From the NCBI GenBank assembly GCA_036504675.1, contig DASXUT010000144.1, positions 1-61,124 on the forward strand: a stretch of DNA of 61,124 bases. The letters run 5' to 3'. Under the pieces are notes generated by a model. The model made no database searches and was not told the origin of the DNA. It saw only the letters and a list, made by a program, of their open reading frames with translations. Source of the DNA: Bacillota bacterium (GTDB lineage Bacteria > Bacillota > Sulfobacillia > JAJYWN01 > JAJZPE01). Position 1 is the first letter of the stretch. Each line of letters starts with the position of its first letter. This document shows, one piece after another, positions 28,160-35,659 of this stretch. The translations under genes were made by a program, and so were the position numbers.

Positions 28160-29689
28160 CTACTTTCCCTTGGACACCCCGCGCAGGTCGTAGATGTCGA
28201 TGGGATAGACCTGCCACCCCTGGACGGCCTTGTTCAGGCCGACCACCTGCATCGGCGACTGGAGATAGACGGCCGGACACTGATCGGCCAGGATCTCCTG
28301 AGCCCGTCGGTAGAGCTGCTTGCGCTGGTTCGGGTCGGACACGGTGGCCGCCTGGGCGATGATCTGGTCGTATTCGGGATCCGAGAAGTTCATGTAGTTC
28401 TCTTTGCTGGTACTGACGTATCGATTCAAGAACGGGTCCGGGTCGAGCCGCCCGGTGTGGCCGATGACGGTCAACTCGTAATGGCGACCGCTGTAGACTT
28501 CCTTAAGCCAGGTGGCCCAGTCGATGACCTTCAGGTCGGCCTGAACCCCGATCGCCTTGAGCTGTTCGGCCACCACCTGCCCGGCCTTGCGGTGCAGCAT
28601 GTAGGGCTCAGGGAGAATGATCGTCGTCTTGAAGCCGTTCGGCCAGCCGGCCTCGACCAAGAGAGCCTTGGCCTTGGCCACGTCCTGAGCGTGTCTGGCC
28701 GTGAGGTCGTTGTACCAATCGCTCGAGGCCGGCATGTGGGTGGCGATGGGCGTCCCGTAACCCCAGACCGAGCCGTCGATGACCGCCTTCCGGTCGACGG
28801 CTAGGGCGAGCGCCTGCCGGACCCGGACGTCGTCAAAGGGCTTCTTCTTGTTGTTGATCGCCATCAGCTGTACGGCGTTCATCGGCACCGCCAGAAGCTT
28901 CAGGCCGGCGTCGGCCTCGACGTCCTTGGCGTTCTCCGGCGGGACATCCGGGACGACGTCGACCGTCCCCGACTTGAGGGCCATCAGCCGGGCGGCCGGG
29001 TCGGGGATGACCTGGAAGACCACCTGATCGACCTTGGCCGCGCCGCGCCCGAAGTACTGGTCAAAGCGCTCCAGGACGACCTCCTGGTCCTTCTTCCACT
29101 CGACAAACTTGAAGGGTCCGGTGCCGACGGGCGCCGTGCTCATCGTCCCGGCCGCTTCCTTGGGGACGATGGCCGCCCAGCCCATGGCCAGGTTGGACAA
29201 GAAGGAGGCCTGCGGCGCCTTGAGGGTGATGGTCACCTGGGCCGGGCCGCTCACCGCCACCGAGGCCACGGCGGCGAAATCGGCCGCCCGCTTGTTGGCG
29301 CCGGGGTCGCGGATCTGGTCGAGGCTCCACTTGACATCCTCGGCCGTCATCTTCCGGCCGTTGTGGAAGAAGACGTCGGGGCGGAGGTTGAAAGTCCAGG
29401 TCAGCCCGTCAGGGGAGACCTTCCAGTCGGTGGCCAGGTCGGGGCCCAGCCGTCCGGCCGGGTCCGTCTGGACCAGGTTGTCGAAGATGTTCCGGGTCAG
29501 GTTGAAGGTGGCCGCGGCCACCGTCTTATACGGGTCGAGTCCGTCCGGATCGGTGTTGATGGCCACTCGCAGGGCTTGCTGCCGGGCGCACCCGGCCGTT
29601 CCGGGAAGGATCACGGTCGCCAGAAACGCCACCACCAAGAGCCCGATCAGGGCTCCGCGCGTCCTCTTGCCGCCGCCCGTCTTTCCCAA
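28160..29689 (-). CDS. ABC transporter substrate-binding protein, family 5 (DppA/OppA/NikA-like)
   Basis: TTG start with a ggagggg SD, a lipoprotein-like signal (LPGTAGC), and family-5 blocks (DPYKT, NLFDNLV, W.F.LR..V.FH.G). The ligand cannot be told from the sequence. Confidence 0.85.
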   Translation of the reverse strand: MGKTGGGKRTRGALIGLLVVAFLATVILPGTAGCARQQALRVAINTDPDGLDPYKTVAAATFNLTRNIFDNLVQTDPAGRLGPDLATDWKVSPDGLTWTFNLRPDVFFHNGRKMTAEDVKWSLDQIRDPGANKRAADFAAVASVAVSGPAQVTITLKAPQASFLSNLAMGWAAIVPKEAAGTMSTAPVGTGPFKFVEWKKDQEVVLERFDQYFGRGAAKVDQVVFQVIPDPAARLMALKSGTVDVVPDVPPENAKDVEADAGLKLLAVPMNAVQLMAINNKKKPFDDVRVRQALALAVDRKAVIDGSVWGYGTPIATHMPASSDWYNDLTARHAQDVAKAKALLVEAGWPNGFKTTIILPEPYMLHRKAGQVVAEQLKAIGVQADLKVIDWATWLKEVYSGRHYELTVIGHTGRLDPDPFLNRYVSTSKENYMNFSDPEYDQIIAQAATVSDPNQRKQLYRRAQEILADQCPAVYLQSPMQVVGLNKAVQGWQVYPIDIYDLRGVSKGK

Positions 29690-29939
29690 GGCGATCCCCT
29701 CCTATGCGATTTGAGGGCCAGCGAGGGCTCAGTGCGAGAAGAGTGGCGGCCCGGCCTTGAACAAAAACAGCCTTCCCGCGGGGGAAGGCTGACAAAGCCA
29801 TGGCCGGCAGGTCAGCTCCCTGTCTCGGTCCGCGGTCGGATCCAAGCATGGCTGTTCCTGAGCTTCGACGAAGCTGCGTAGGCACCAGGGAATAAACTCG
29901 AGGTGTAGCCCTCTGTGCTACCCTTCCTGTATTATATCA
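29690..29939 (-). promoter_or_regulatory. Structured ~235-nt leader of unknown class (extended -10 TGATATAAT, several hairpins, internal terminator)
   Basis: Minus strand tgatataat at 29939-29931. Helices include guagc/gcuac and agccaug/cauggcu. The 5' GGAAGG can pair with the terminator 5' arm CCUUCC (antiterminator). The segment GAGACAGGGAGCUGACCUGCCGGCC is only loosely B12-box-like. Confidence 0.45.
29762..29791 (-). terminator. Intrinsic terminator inside the leader of the ABC operon
   Basis: A 10-bp stem cagccuuccc / gggaaggcug with loop ccgc, followed by guuuuug. It sits about 75 nt upstream of the SBP start codon. Confidence 0.7.
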
Positions 29940-30048
29940 CCGCTCCGGAAGGCTGGAAAGGGTCAAGAAGCGAGGAAACCCCCAGGCGCAAAGGACGGTA
30001 TGAGCCGGCCTCAGCCAGAAGGGGAAAGCGTGGACGGGCCAGACAGAA

Positions 30049-30070
30049 AGGAACCCCCGAAGGGGTTCCT
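30049..30070 (-). terminator. Hairpin terminator after the small zinc-ribbon gene
   Basis: aggaacccc / ggggttcct stem with loop cgaa, followed on the minus strand by tttctgtct. Confidence 0.55.
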
Positions 30071-30075
30071 CGATT

Positions 30076-30282
30076 TCACGGCATCACCGCGGCCAACCAG
30101 CCAGGACGGAGGGCTACCGTCAAGACCGGCGAACCGCACCTCGGACAGCGTAGGGCTTGAGCCTTCCCACGTTTTTCCTCGCCGACCGGCCCCCGATCCT
30201 CCGGGGCCGTTCCCCGGGCAACCTCCAGACCTTGCACTCCGCAGCTCAGACACAAGTACTCAACCGCGTCGACCACCTTCAA
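30076..30282 (-). CDS. Small zinc-ribbon protein (68 aa, CxxC...CxxC), function unknown
   Basis: TTG start 8 nt downstream of a perfect AAGGAGG. The sequence is MKVVDAVEYLCLSCG....CPRCGSPV. It has its own terminator. Confidence 0.55.
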   Translation of the reverse strand: MKVVDAVEYLCLSCGVQGLEVARGTAPEDRGPVGEEKRGKAQALRCPRCGSPVLTVALRPGWLAAVMP

Positions 30283-30491
30283 TGGCGTCGCCTCCTTGGT
30301 CTCTTTGGGGTGCCGCTGCTATTCGGTTGTCCTTTACCCTATTCGTCTTTGGCCGGGAGATTCCTTTGGCAAGAGCCGGCCGCTGGGCAAAGGAATATTC
30401 ACCTTGGACGAACCTTAGAAGAAGAGACCGAAGAAAAGGGACAAACGCGTCGAGGACGGTCGCATCTGGGGGCGCGGGGCCGTGCCGGCTG

Positions 30492-31112
30492 CTAGCCCGA
30501 CCGGCCGCCGCGATCACCGTTCCCCTCAGGTTCAGCCCCGAAGAGCATCTCCGGGGCCCCCTCCGGGTCGACCGCCCGGTCCCGCCAGTAGGCCTGGTAG
30601 AGCTCCAGGTAAGGCCGGTTGGTGCCGTCGGCCAGGTCCAGCCCGAGGAGGGCGGCCGCCCGGGTGATGGCCCGCCGGGGGCCTTCGATTTCAACGTAAT
30701 CGCCAAGGAACGGCAAGCGGTCCAGGCAGACAGCGACCTCCCCGAGGTCGAAGGTCTCCCGGACCTTTTCCTTACGCCGCACCGGGAGGTATCCGAGGGC
30801 TCCGAGAAGGGCCATCATCCGGTCGAAGTCGGCCACCCCGCACTCAAGCTCCTCCCGCTCGGCGAAGATGGTCCCGCCGGCCGGAGGGCCCTTGTAGGTC
30901 AGCACCAACCCCGCTTGATCCCGCCGGAGCCTGAGGACGCGCCCCTCGGCGGCCAGCCGGCCGCCGACCTGGTCGAGGTAGACATCGGCTTCGTGGACCG
31001 GCCCCCGGCCTTTGGCGCCGACTTCCTGTAGACGGCGCCGGACGGCCGCCGGGCCGGCCCCCAGCCGGAATTTTATCTCGATCTCCTTGGGCGGTTCGGG
31101 CAAGGTCTGCAC
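30492..31112 (-). CDS. CYTH-domain protein (class IV adenylate cyclase / triphosphatase family)
   Basis: The EIEIKFRL start motif and the following beta-strand pattern (VLRLRRD..LTYKG, ETFDLGEVAVCLDRLPFLGDYVEIE) fit the family. Confidence 0.75.
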   Translation of the reverse strand: MQTLPEPPKEIEIKFRLGAGPAAVRRRLQEVGAKGRGPVHEADVYLDQVGGRLAAEGRVLRLRRDQAGLVLTYKGPPAGGTIFAEREELECGVADFDRMMALLGALGYLPVRRKEKVRETFDLGEVAVCLDRLPFLGDYVEIEGPRRAITRAAALLGLDLADGTNRPYLELYQAYWRDRAVDPEGAPEMLFGAEPEGNGDRGGRSG

Positions 31113-31139
31113 CCCCGCGAAGTGATTGGTCGACCCATG

Positions 31140-31166
31140 GGAAAGCGGCAGGCTCGGCCTGCCGCT
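31140..31166 (-). terminator. Hairpin after the MTHFS gene
   Basis: agcggcagg / cctgccgct stem followed on the minus strand by ttccc. The U-run is weak. Confidence 0.4.
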
Positions 31167-31176
31167 CGCAGCTTGC

Positions 31177-31818
31177 TTATCCCTGGGCGGTCGAGGAGTC
31201 CCGGGCGGTCCCTTTGGTCCGTCGGTTGGCCCGGCAGTCGATGACCCTCTTCTCGGTGACGACCAGGTCCATCGGGACGTCGAATCGCCCGGGTTTGAGG
31301 CTCTCCACCAGCTGGACCTCGAAGGCCAGGGCCACGGCCAGTCTCCCCGGCCTCAGATTCTTCAGGAAGCGGTCGTAGTAACCGCCGCCGTAACCGAGCC
31401 GGTTTCCCAGCCGGTCGAAGGCCACTCCGGGCACGAAGACAAGGTCGATGGAGGGCGACTCGAGGGGGCGCAGGGATTCCACCTTCGGCTCGAGGATGCC
31501 GTAGTTGCCCAGGGCCAAGTCGGCGGCCGGATCGAGCAGCCGCGACGGGATCATCCGGCGCTCGGCCGGGAAGATCTTGGGGACGGCCACCACCTTGCCC
31601 CTCAAGAGCCCTTCCCGAATCAGTCCGCCGCTGTCCACCTCGTGCTTGAACGAGCAGTAGACCATGATCGTCCCGGCCTTCTGGAACTCGGGGAGCGAGG
31701 TGGCCAGGGCGACCACGGCTCGCGAGCGGGCGGCCACCTCTTCGCCGGAAAGAGCCTTCCGGCGCTGGAGGATCTCCCGTCGGAGCCGAGCCTTCTCTTC
31801 TCGGGTGCCCGTGTTCAC
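31177..31818 (-). CDS. 5-formyltetrahydrofolate cyclo-ligase
   Basis: KARLRREILQRR and VPGVAFDRLGNRLGYGGGYYDRFL. Trimmed to the GTG at 31818, just after the ASCH gene stop. Confidence 0.85.
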   Translation of the reverse strand: MNTGTREEKARLRREILQRRKALSGEEVAARSRAVVALATSLPEFQKAGTIMVYCSFKHEVDSGGLIREGLLRGKVVAVPKIFPAERRMIPSRLLDPAADLALGNYGILEPKVESLRPLESPSIDLVFVPGVAFDRLGNRLGYGGGYYDRFLKNLRPGRLAVALAFEVQLVESLKPGRFDVPMDLVVTEKRVIDCRANRRTKGTARDSSTAQG

Positions 31819-31822
31819 CGGC

Positions 31823-32170
31823 TCACTCGATGACCTCGGAGAAGTAGACCACTGTGACCTGGTCGTCCGGGCCAATCTCCCGGCCATAGATCGACTTCAG
31901 GAAGGCCGCGGCGTCGGCCGGGCTTTTCATGTCGGGGTTCTCTCCCGAGAGGTCCTCCGGGGTCAGTTCGGATACCTTCTTCAGGGTGACTCGGTCGACG
32001 ACCGCCGTGAAGACTTTTTGGCGGGGACGGAAGCGATTACCGTGGGTCACCCAGACCAGGTCCCCCTCGTCGTACTTGGCGCGCTTGTCTCCCAGCCGAA
32101 TGGTGCAACGCTTGTCGCGGACGACGAGGATGCCGTGGTAGACCGAGGAGTAGAAGTTCAGGGCTTTCAC
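31823..32170 (-). CDS. ASCH-domain (PUA-like fold) protein
   Basis: The 115-aa size and the pattern KRCTIRLGDKRAKYDEGDLVWV...VTLKKVSELTPEDL are typical of ASCH proteins. The call is by eye only. Confidence 0.5.
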   Translation of the reverse strand: MKALNFYSSVYHGILVVRDKRCTIRLGDKRAKYDEGDLVWVTHGNRFRPRQKVFTAVVDRVTLKKVSELTPEDLSGENPDMKSPADAAAFLKSIYGREIGPDDQVTVVYFSEVIE

Positions 32171-32353
32171 GGGGGTCCCTCCCGAGCGGCGGTTTCGGAA
32201 TACTATTCAACGGACCGATGGCTAATCCTACCGTGTCCGGAAAAGGTCGAGACGATTAGGACCGGGACCGCCGGACGAGGGGGTGATGGCCGGTCACAGA
32301 CCGGCGCCCCCGCGGCTTGGCGGGGGCGTCGGAGGGTCGCCGTTCATCCCTGG

Positions 32354-33298
32354 TCAGCGGCTTAGGTAGTCGACGATACCCTCGGCGATTCCGTCGGCGG
32401 CCTTGGCCCGGAAGTCATCATCCTTGAGGGCCAGGGCGTCGTCACGGTTGCTCAGGAAGCCCACCTCGACCAAGACCGAGGCGCTCAGAGAGCTGTTGCG
32501 GATGACGTAGAAGTCGGCCGTCTGCAGGCCGCGATTCTGCAGGCCGGTGGAGGCGACCAGTGACGACTGGATGGCCGAAGCCAGGCCACGGTTGTCCGCG
32601 GTGTGGCCATTGCCGGTCGAGTAGAACGTCATCGCCCCGCGGACCTGGTTACTCTGGTCGTAGAAGTTGTTGTGGAGGCTGACGAAGATGTCGGCCCCAG
32701 CCTTGTTGGCGATGGACGTCCTGACCGCCAGTTGTCCCGCCGCGTTGCCGGGGAAGTACATCCCGGTCCGGGTCATGTAGACCTTCGCCCCGGCCTGGGT
32801 CAGAAGACTCCGGACCCGGTTGGCGATAGCCAGGACATTCGTGGCTTCGTCGGAGCCGAACCCAGAGGCCCCGCTGCCGGCGGTGCCGTGCCCGGGGTCA
32901 ACGACCACGCTCCTGCCGGCCAGGGGTTGTCGGTCCCCGCCGCGCGACGGTTCAGGCGACGGGGTGGGGGCCGGCTTGGGGGCCGGGGTCGGCGCGGGGG
33001 CCGGGGTCGGCTTGGGGGCTGGGGTCGGCGCGGGCTTGGGGGCGGTCACCGGCGCGGATGGGGCCTGCGAGTCGGTGGGAGCGGCCGGCTCAGCCGGCGG
33101 CGTGACCGACGGCTCCGCGGCCGCCTGCCCCGGGTCGATCGGGGCCCGGCCGGTCCCAGCCAGGACGACGGTAGCCGTCATCAACCAGGCCACCAGGATC
33201 GTCGCTCCAACGATTCTCAGATACGGGAGCTGGAGATGCGCCGGGGTCCTCCCCGACGACGCCCGCGCGGGCTTGGCGCGCTTGGGCTCATCGGCCAT
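32354..33298 (-). CDS. N-acetylmuramoyl-L-alanine amidase (Amidase_3) with TM anchor and Pro-rich linker
   Basis: VVVDPGHG, DIFVSLHNN and VLVEVGFLSNRDD blocks. The PAPTPAPKPTPAPAPTPAPKPAPTPSP linker is encoded by imperfect DNA repeats at about 32960-33050. Confidence 0.88.
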   Translation of the reverse strand: MADEPKRAKPARASSGRTPAHLQLPYLRIVGATILVAWLMTATVVLAGTGRAPIDPGQAAAEPSVTPPAEPAAPTDSQAPSAPVTAPKPAPTPAPKPTPAPAPTPAPKPAPTPSPEPSRGGDRQPLAGRSVVVDPGHGTAGSGASGFGSDEATNVLAIANRVRSLLTQAGAKVYMTRTGMYFPGNAAGQLAVRTSIANKAGADIFVSLHNNFYDQSNQVRGAMTFYSTGNGHTADNRGLASAIQSSLVASTGLQNRGLQTADFYVIRNSSLSASVLVEVGFLSNRDDALALKDDDFRAKAADGIAEGIVDYLSR

Positions 33299-33317
33299 TG
33301 GGTAAGCTACCTCCTTC

Positions 33318-33492
33318 GTCTGCCTCCGGGGTTAGCTGTCGGGTTAGGTGGAAGGAACGCCTGGCGGACTGGACGTTGACCGCTGGTCATCAGCGCAACG
33401 GCGCAACCGCCTTCACCCCGAGTCGCCATTTACGGCTCAAAGCCGCGACGACTGTTTCTCCCCCGTACCGCCAGAGCTTCGGATGACCCAGG
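33318..33492 (-). promoter_or_regulatory. Cyclic-di-AMP riboswitch (ydaO-yuaA class)
   Basis: The minus-strand RNA contains GGUACGGGGGAG, UCGGGGUGAAGG and CACCUAACCCGACAGCUAACCCCGGAGGCAG. These closely match the two pseudo-symmetric cores and the 3' block ACCCGACAGCUAACUCCGGAGGCA of known ydaO RNAs. It ends directly at the amidase SD (gaaggagg). Confidence 0.8.
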
Positions 33493-33679
33493 ATCGCGGT
33501 CTCAAGCGCTGGCGGATTCGGCTAGATGGGCTTTCAATTCGACAATCGGGCCAGCTATCCTGCCATTTTTGGCAAACTGGGGGACAGCTGGCTGGTGGTA
33601 ATTTCGGCCAAATTTAGGGCCCGGGTGACAACTCTTCTCGGCAAGTCAGCGGTCCGCCGGTCCAGACCGGCGGACCAAG

Positions 33680-34807
33680 TCACCGTTCTGGAACGACCTC
33701 CTGTCCGAGCTCCATCCACCACGAATCGTCCTCGTCGCCGAGGCGCCACAGGACCACTCCGCGCAGCCCATAGGTTTTCGCCATCCTGACGCGGCTCAAG
33801 AAGGACTGCCCGTCCAGGTACCAGGCCTGGCTCTGCAGGCCGGAACGGGTGACGTACCTGACTTCGGTTTCCGCGGCCTGGACCGAGCGAACGGCGGTTC
33901 CCTCGGTCCGGCCCAAGGCCGCCACGTCTCTGCCCCTTCGAACCGCCGCCTGGTCCCCGTCGACCGGCCAATCGTAGGCGAAGGCCGGCAAGGCCAGACT
34001 GACCTGGCGCGGCCCAACCCGGGCCAGCAAGGCGTCGAGGTTCCCGGTCAGCCACTCCAGACCGCCCATCGGTCCCGGGCGACTGCCCGGCCAGTGCTCG
34101 CCCCATCCTTGGAGGATGATCCAGTCGGCGACCCCGGTCAGGGAGGCCGGATCGATGGGAAACGGCTGCTCGCGCGGAGCCGTCAGGGCCGGGATGACCA
34201 CGCCGAGGGTCCCGCGGCGCCCCATCGCCCGGCGGGTCTCCTCCATGAGGGCGACGACCTGCGTTTCGACGGCAGCCCCCCCGGTGACCGCGACCGGCGA
34301 TAAGTCGATGACGAGGCCGTCGTATAGCTCCGTGACCACTACGTCGGCCAGCCTGCCGGCAGTGGACCGGCGGACGGCCGGGGTGGCCAGGTAGGCCGGG
34401 GCGGCGCCGCCCGACCCGGCTTGCAGAGTGACCAGGGCCCAGACGCCGGCCTCGATCGATCTGGCAAAGCCCACGGCCTGGCCGTCCAGACCGGCTTGAC
34501 CGACCCGGCCGCTCTCGTCGACCACATACCAATCAGCCAGGATCCCGTCGACCAGGCCGGAGTTTTCGCTCAAGACTCCGAAGGAGGCCGAGATTGGCAG
34601 ACCGTCCACCCCTTGGCCGGCCCGATCATAGACGCCAACGACCTCGAAGGCCGAGCGTCCCAGGTGCTTTCGGACCGGCGGGATGAGGCGCATCGCCCCG
34701 TGGGGGTCAAGCCCGGGCAGGGCGGCCAGGACCAATAGGGCCGCCAGGCCGAGGGCGACGGTCGGCCAAGCCCGTCTCCAAGCAACGCGTAGACGACGCA
34801 AGGGCAA
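33680..34807 (-). CDS. GH18-like (YaaH/YdhD-like) secreted protein with a degenerate catalytic motif
   Basis: Signal/TM N-terminus. The C-terminal GLRGVVLWRLGDEDDSWW is typical of GH18-like spore peptidoglycan hydrolases. The DGxDxDxE position reads DGLVIDLS. Confidence 0.55.
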   Translation of the reverse strand: MPLRRLRVAWRRAWPTVALGLAALLVLAALPGLDPHGAMRLIPPVRKHLGRSAFEVVGVYDRAGQGVDGLPISASFGVLSENSGLVDGILADWYVVDESGRVGQAGLDGQAVGFARSIEAGVWALVTLQAGSGGAAPAYLATPAVRRSTAGRLADVVVTELYDGLVIDLSPVAVTGGAAVETQVVALMEETRRAMGRRGTLGVVIPALTAPREQPFPIDPASLTGVADWIILQGWGEHWPGSRPGPMGGLEWLTGNLDALLARVGPRQVSLALPAFAYDWPVDGDQAAVRRGRDVAALGRTEGTAVRSVQAAETEVRYVTRSGLQSQAWYLDGQSFLSRVRMAKTYGLRGVVLWRLGDEDDSWWMELGQEVVPER

Positions 34808-34876
34808 CCCTCCTCTTGGGGTTGCCCTTAGTATTACCAGTTTGTTCCACGTCTTTCCGCCCCCGATTTCCGGCCC

Positions 34877-35305
34877 TCAGCCCTTGAGGACCGCCAGGAG
34901 TTGGCCGACGCCGACCGAGACCCCCTTGCCCACCTCGACCCGGAGCACCTCGCCGGCCCGCGGAGCGGTGATCTCGTTCTCCATCTTCATTGCTTCGAGG
35001 ATGAACAGGACCTGGCCGGCCTTGACCGCCTGGCCGGGCGAAACCCGTACGTCCAGGATGACCCCCGGGAGCGGCGCGGTGATGCCGTCGGCCCCCGGCG
35101 GCAGGATGATCGCCGGGGCTTTGGCCACGGCGGCCTTTCGGGCCGGAGCCGCCGGGCCCGGCACGGCCGGCGGGACGGCCGGTCCGCCGGGCGGGGTCGG
35201 CCGGTCTCCGGCTCGGACCGGCCGCCCCGCGGCGAGTCCGATCTCCTCTATCTCCACGTCGTAGCTTTGTCCGTCGACGGTCACCCGGAACTTCCTGACG
35301 GTCAT
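34877..35305 (-). CDS. Biotin carboxyl carrier subunit (biotinyl domain, EAMKME)
   Basis: Trimmed to the ATG at 35305 (MTVRKFRVTVDGQSYDVEIEE). It has a Pro/Ala linker and the C-terminal FILEAMKMENEITAP. Confidence 0.88.
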   Translation of the reverse strand: MTVRKFRVTVDGQSYDVEIEEIGLAAGRPVRAGDRPTPPGGPAVPPAVPGPAAPARKAAVAKAPAIILPPGADGITAPLPGVILDVRVSPGQAVKAGQVLFILEAMKMENEITAPRAGEVLRVEVGKGVSVGVGQLLAVLKG

Positions 35306-35625
35306 CTCCCGGACCCCTTTCGCCAATCCATTCTCATCCCGGACTGCATCAGACCGCGCCGGCCGGCGGCCGACCAGTCCGCCCTCGGGCGAACCTCGGC
35401 GCCGGGCGTCGGCCGCCCGGGATTGATGGAGACCCGCCACCCCGAACCGCGAAGGTCGCCGGCATCGTCAGACAGGCCGGCGGTTCCTTCCGTTGACCGC
35501 CCCTCCGCCAGCATGTACTCATCGATGGCGGCGATGATCGCTGCGGCCACCTCCGGCGGCGGCTCCCCGCCGGCCGTCAGCTTCAGCCGCCGCTCCCCGG
35601 CCGGTCGGGCCTTGCCCTTCGCCAT
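35302..35625 (-). CDS. Small OadG/MmdD-like decarboxylase/carboxyltransferase accessory subunit (no obvious TM helix)
   Basis: PPEVAAAIIAAIDEYM resembles the conserved OadG-family segment. An ATGA overlap links it to the BCCP gene. Confidence 0.4.
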   Translation of the reverse strand: MAKGKARPAGERRLKLTAGGEPPPEVAAAIIAAIDEYMLAEGRSTEGTAGLSDDAGDLRGSGWRVSINPGRPTPGAEVRPRADWSAAGRRGLMQSGMRMDWRKGSGR

Positions 35626-35659
35626 CTCGCTCCCCTCCGCGTCCCGAAGCCCCCGGTCG

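Noticed and set aside
29690-29939. A cobalamin riboswitch call for the ABC importer leader.
   Set aside because: Only a loose B12-box-like stretch is present. The core elements (AGGGAA..GGUG..AA..CC, CCCGC.ACUGU, and GCCACUG upstream of the box) are absent. It is therefore left as an unknown class.
30000-31031. A 343-aa plus-strand ORF spanning the intergenic gap and the CYTH gene.
   Set aside because: It is antisense to the CYTH gene and the zinc-ribbon gene. Its sequence is Pro/Arg/Gly-rich and it has no SD.
32960-33050. Short tandem DNA repeats that might suggest a repeat array or CRISPR.
   Set aside because: They lie inside the amidase ORF and encode its PAPTPAPK linker. They are imperfect, have no spacers and have no leader.
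33538-33544. A perfect Spo0A box (TGTCGAA on the minus strand) upstream of the amidase riboswitch.
   Set aside because: A single 7-mer is expected several times by chance in 61 kb on two strands. There is no second box and no promoter context.
33555-34532. A 325-aa minus-strand ORF in an alternative frame of the GH18-like gene.
   Set aside because: Its translation is Arg/Gly/Pro-rich. The overlapping frame 33680-34807 carries the recognisable GH18-like blocks and a signal sequence.
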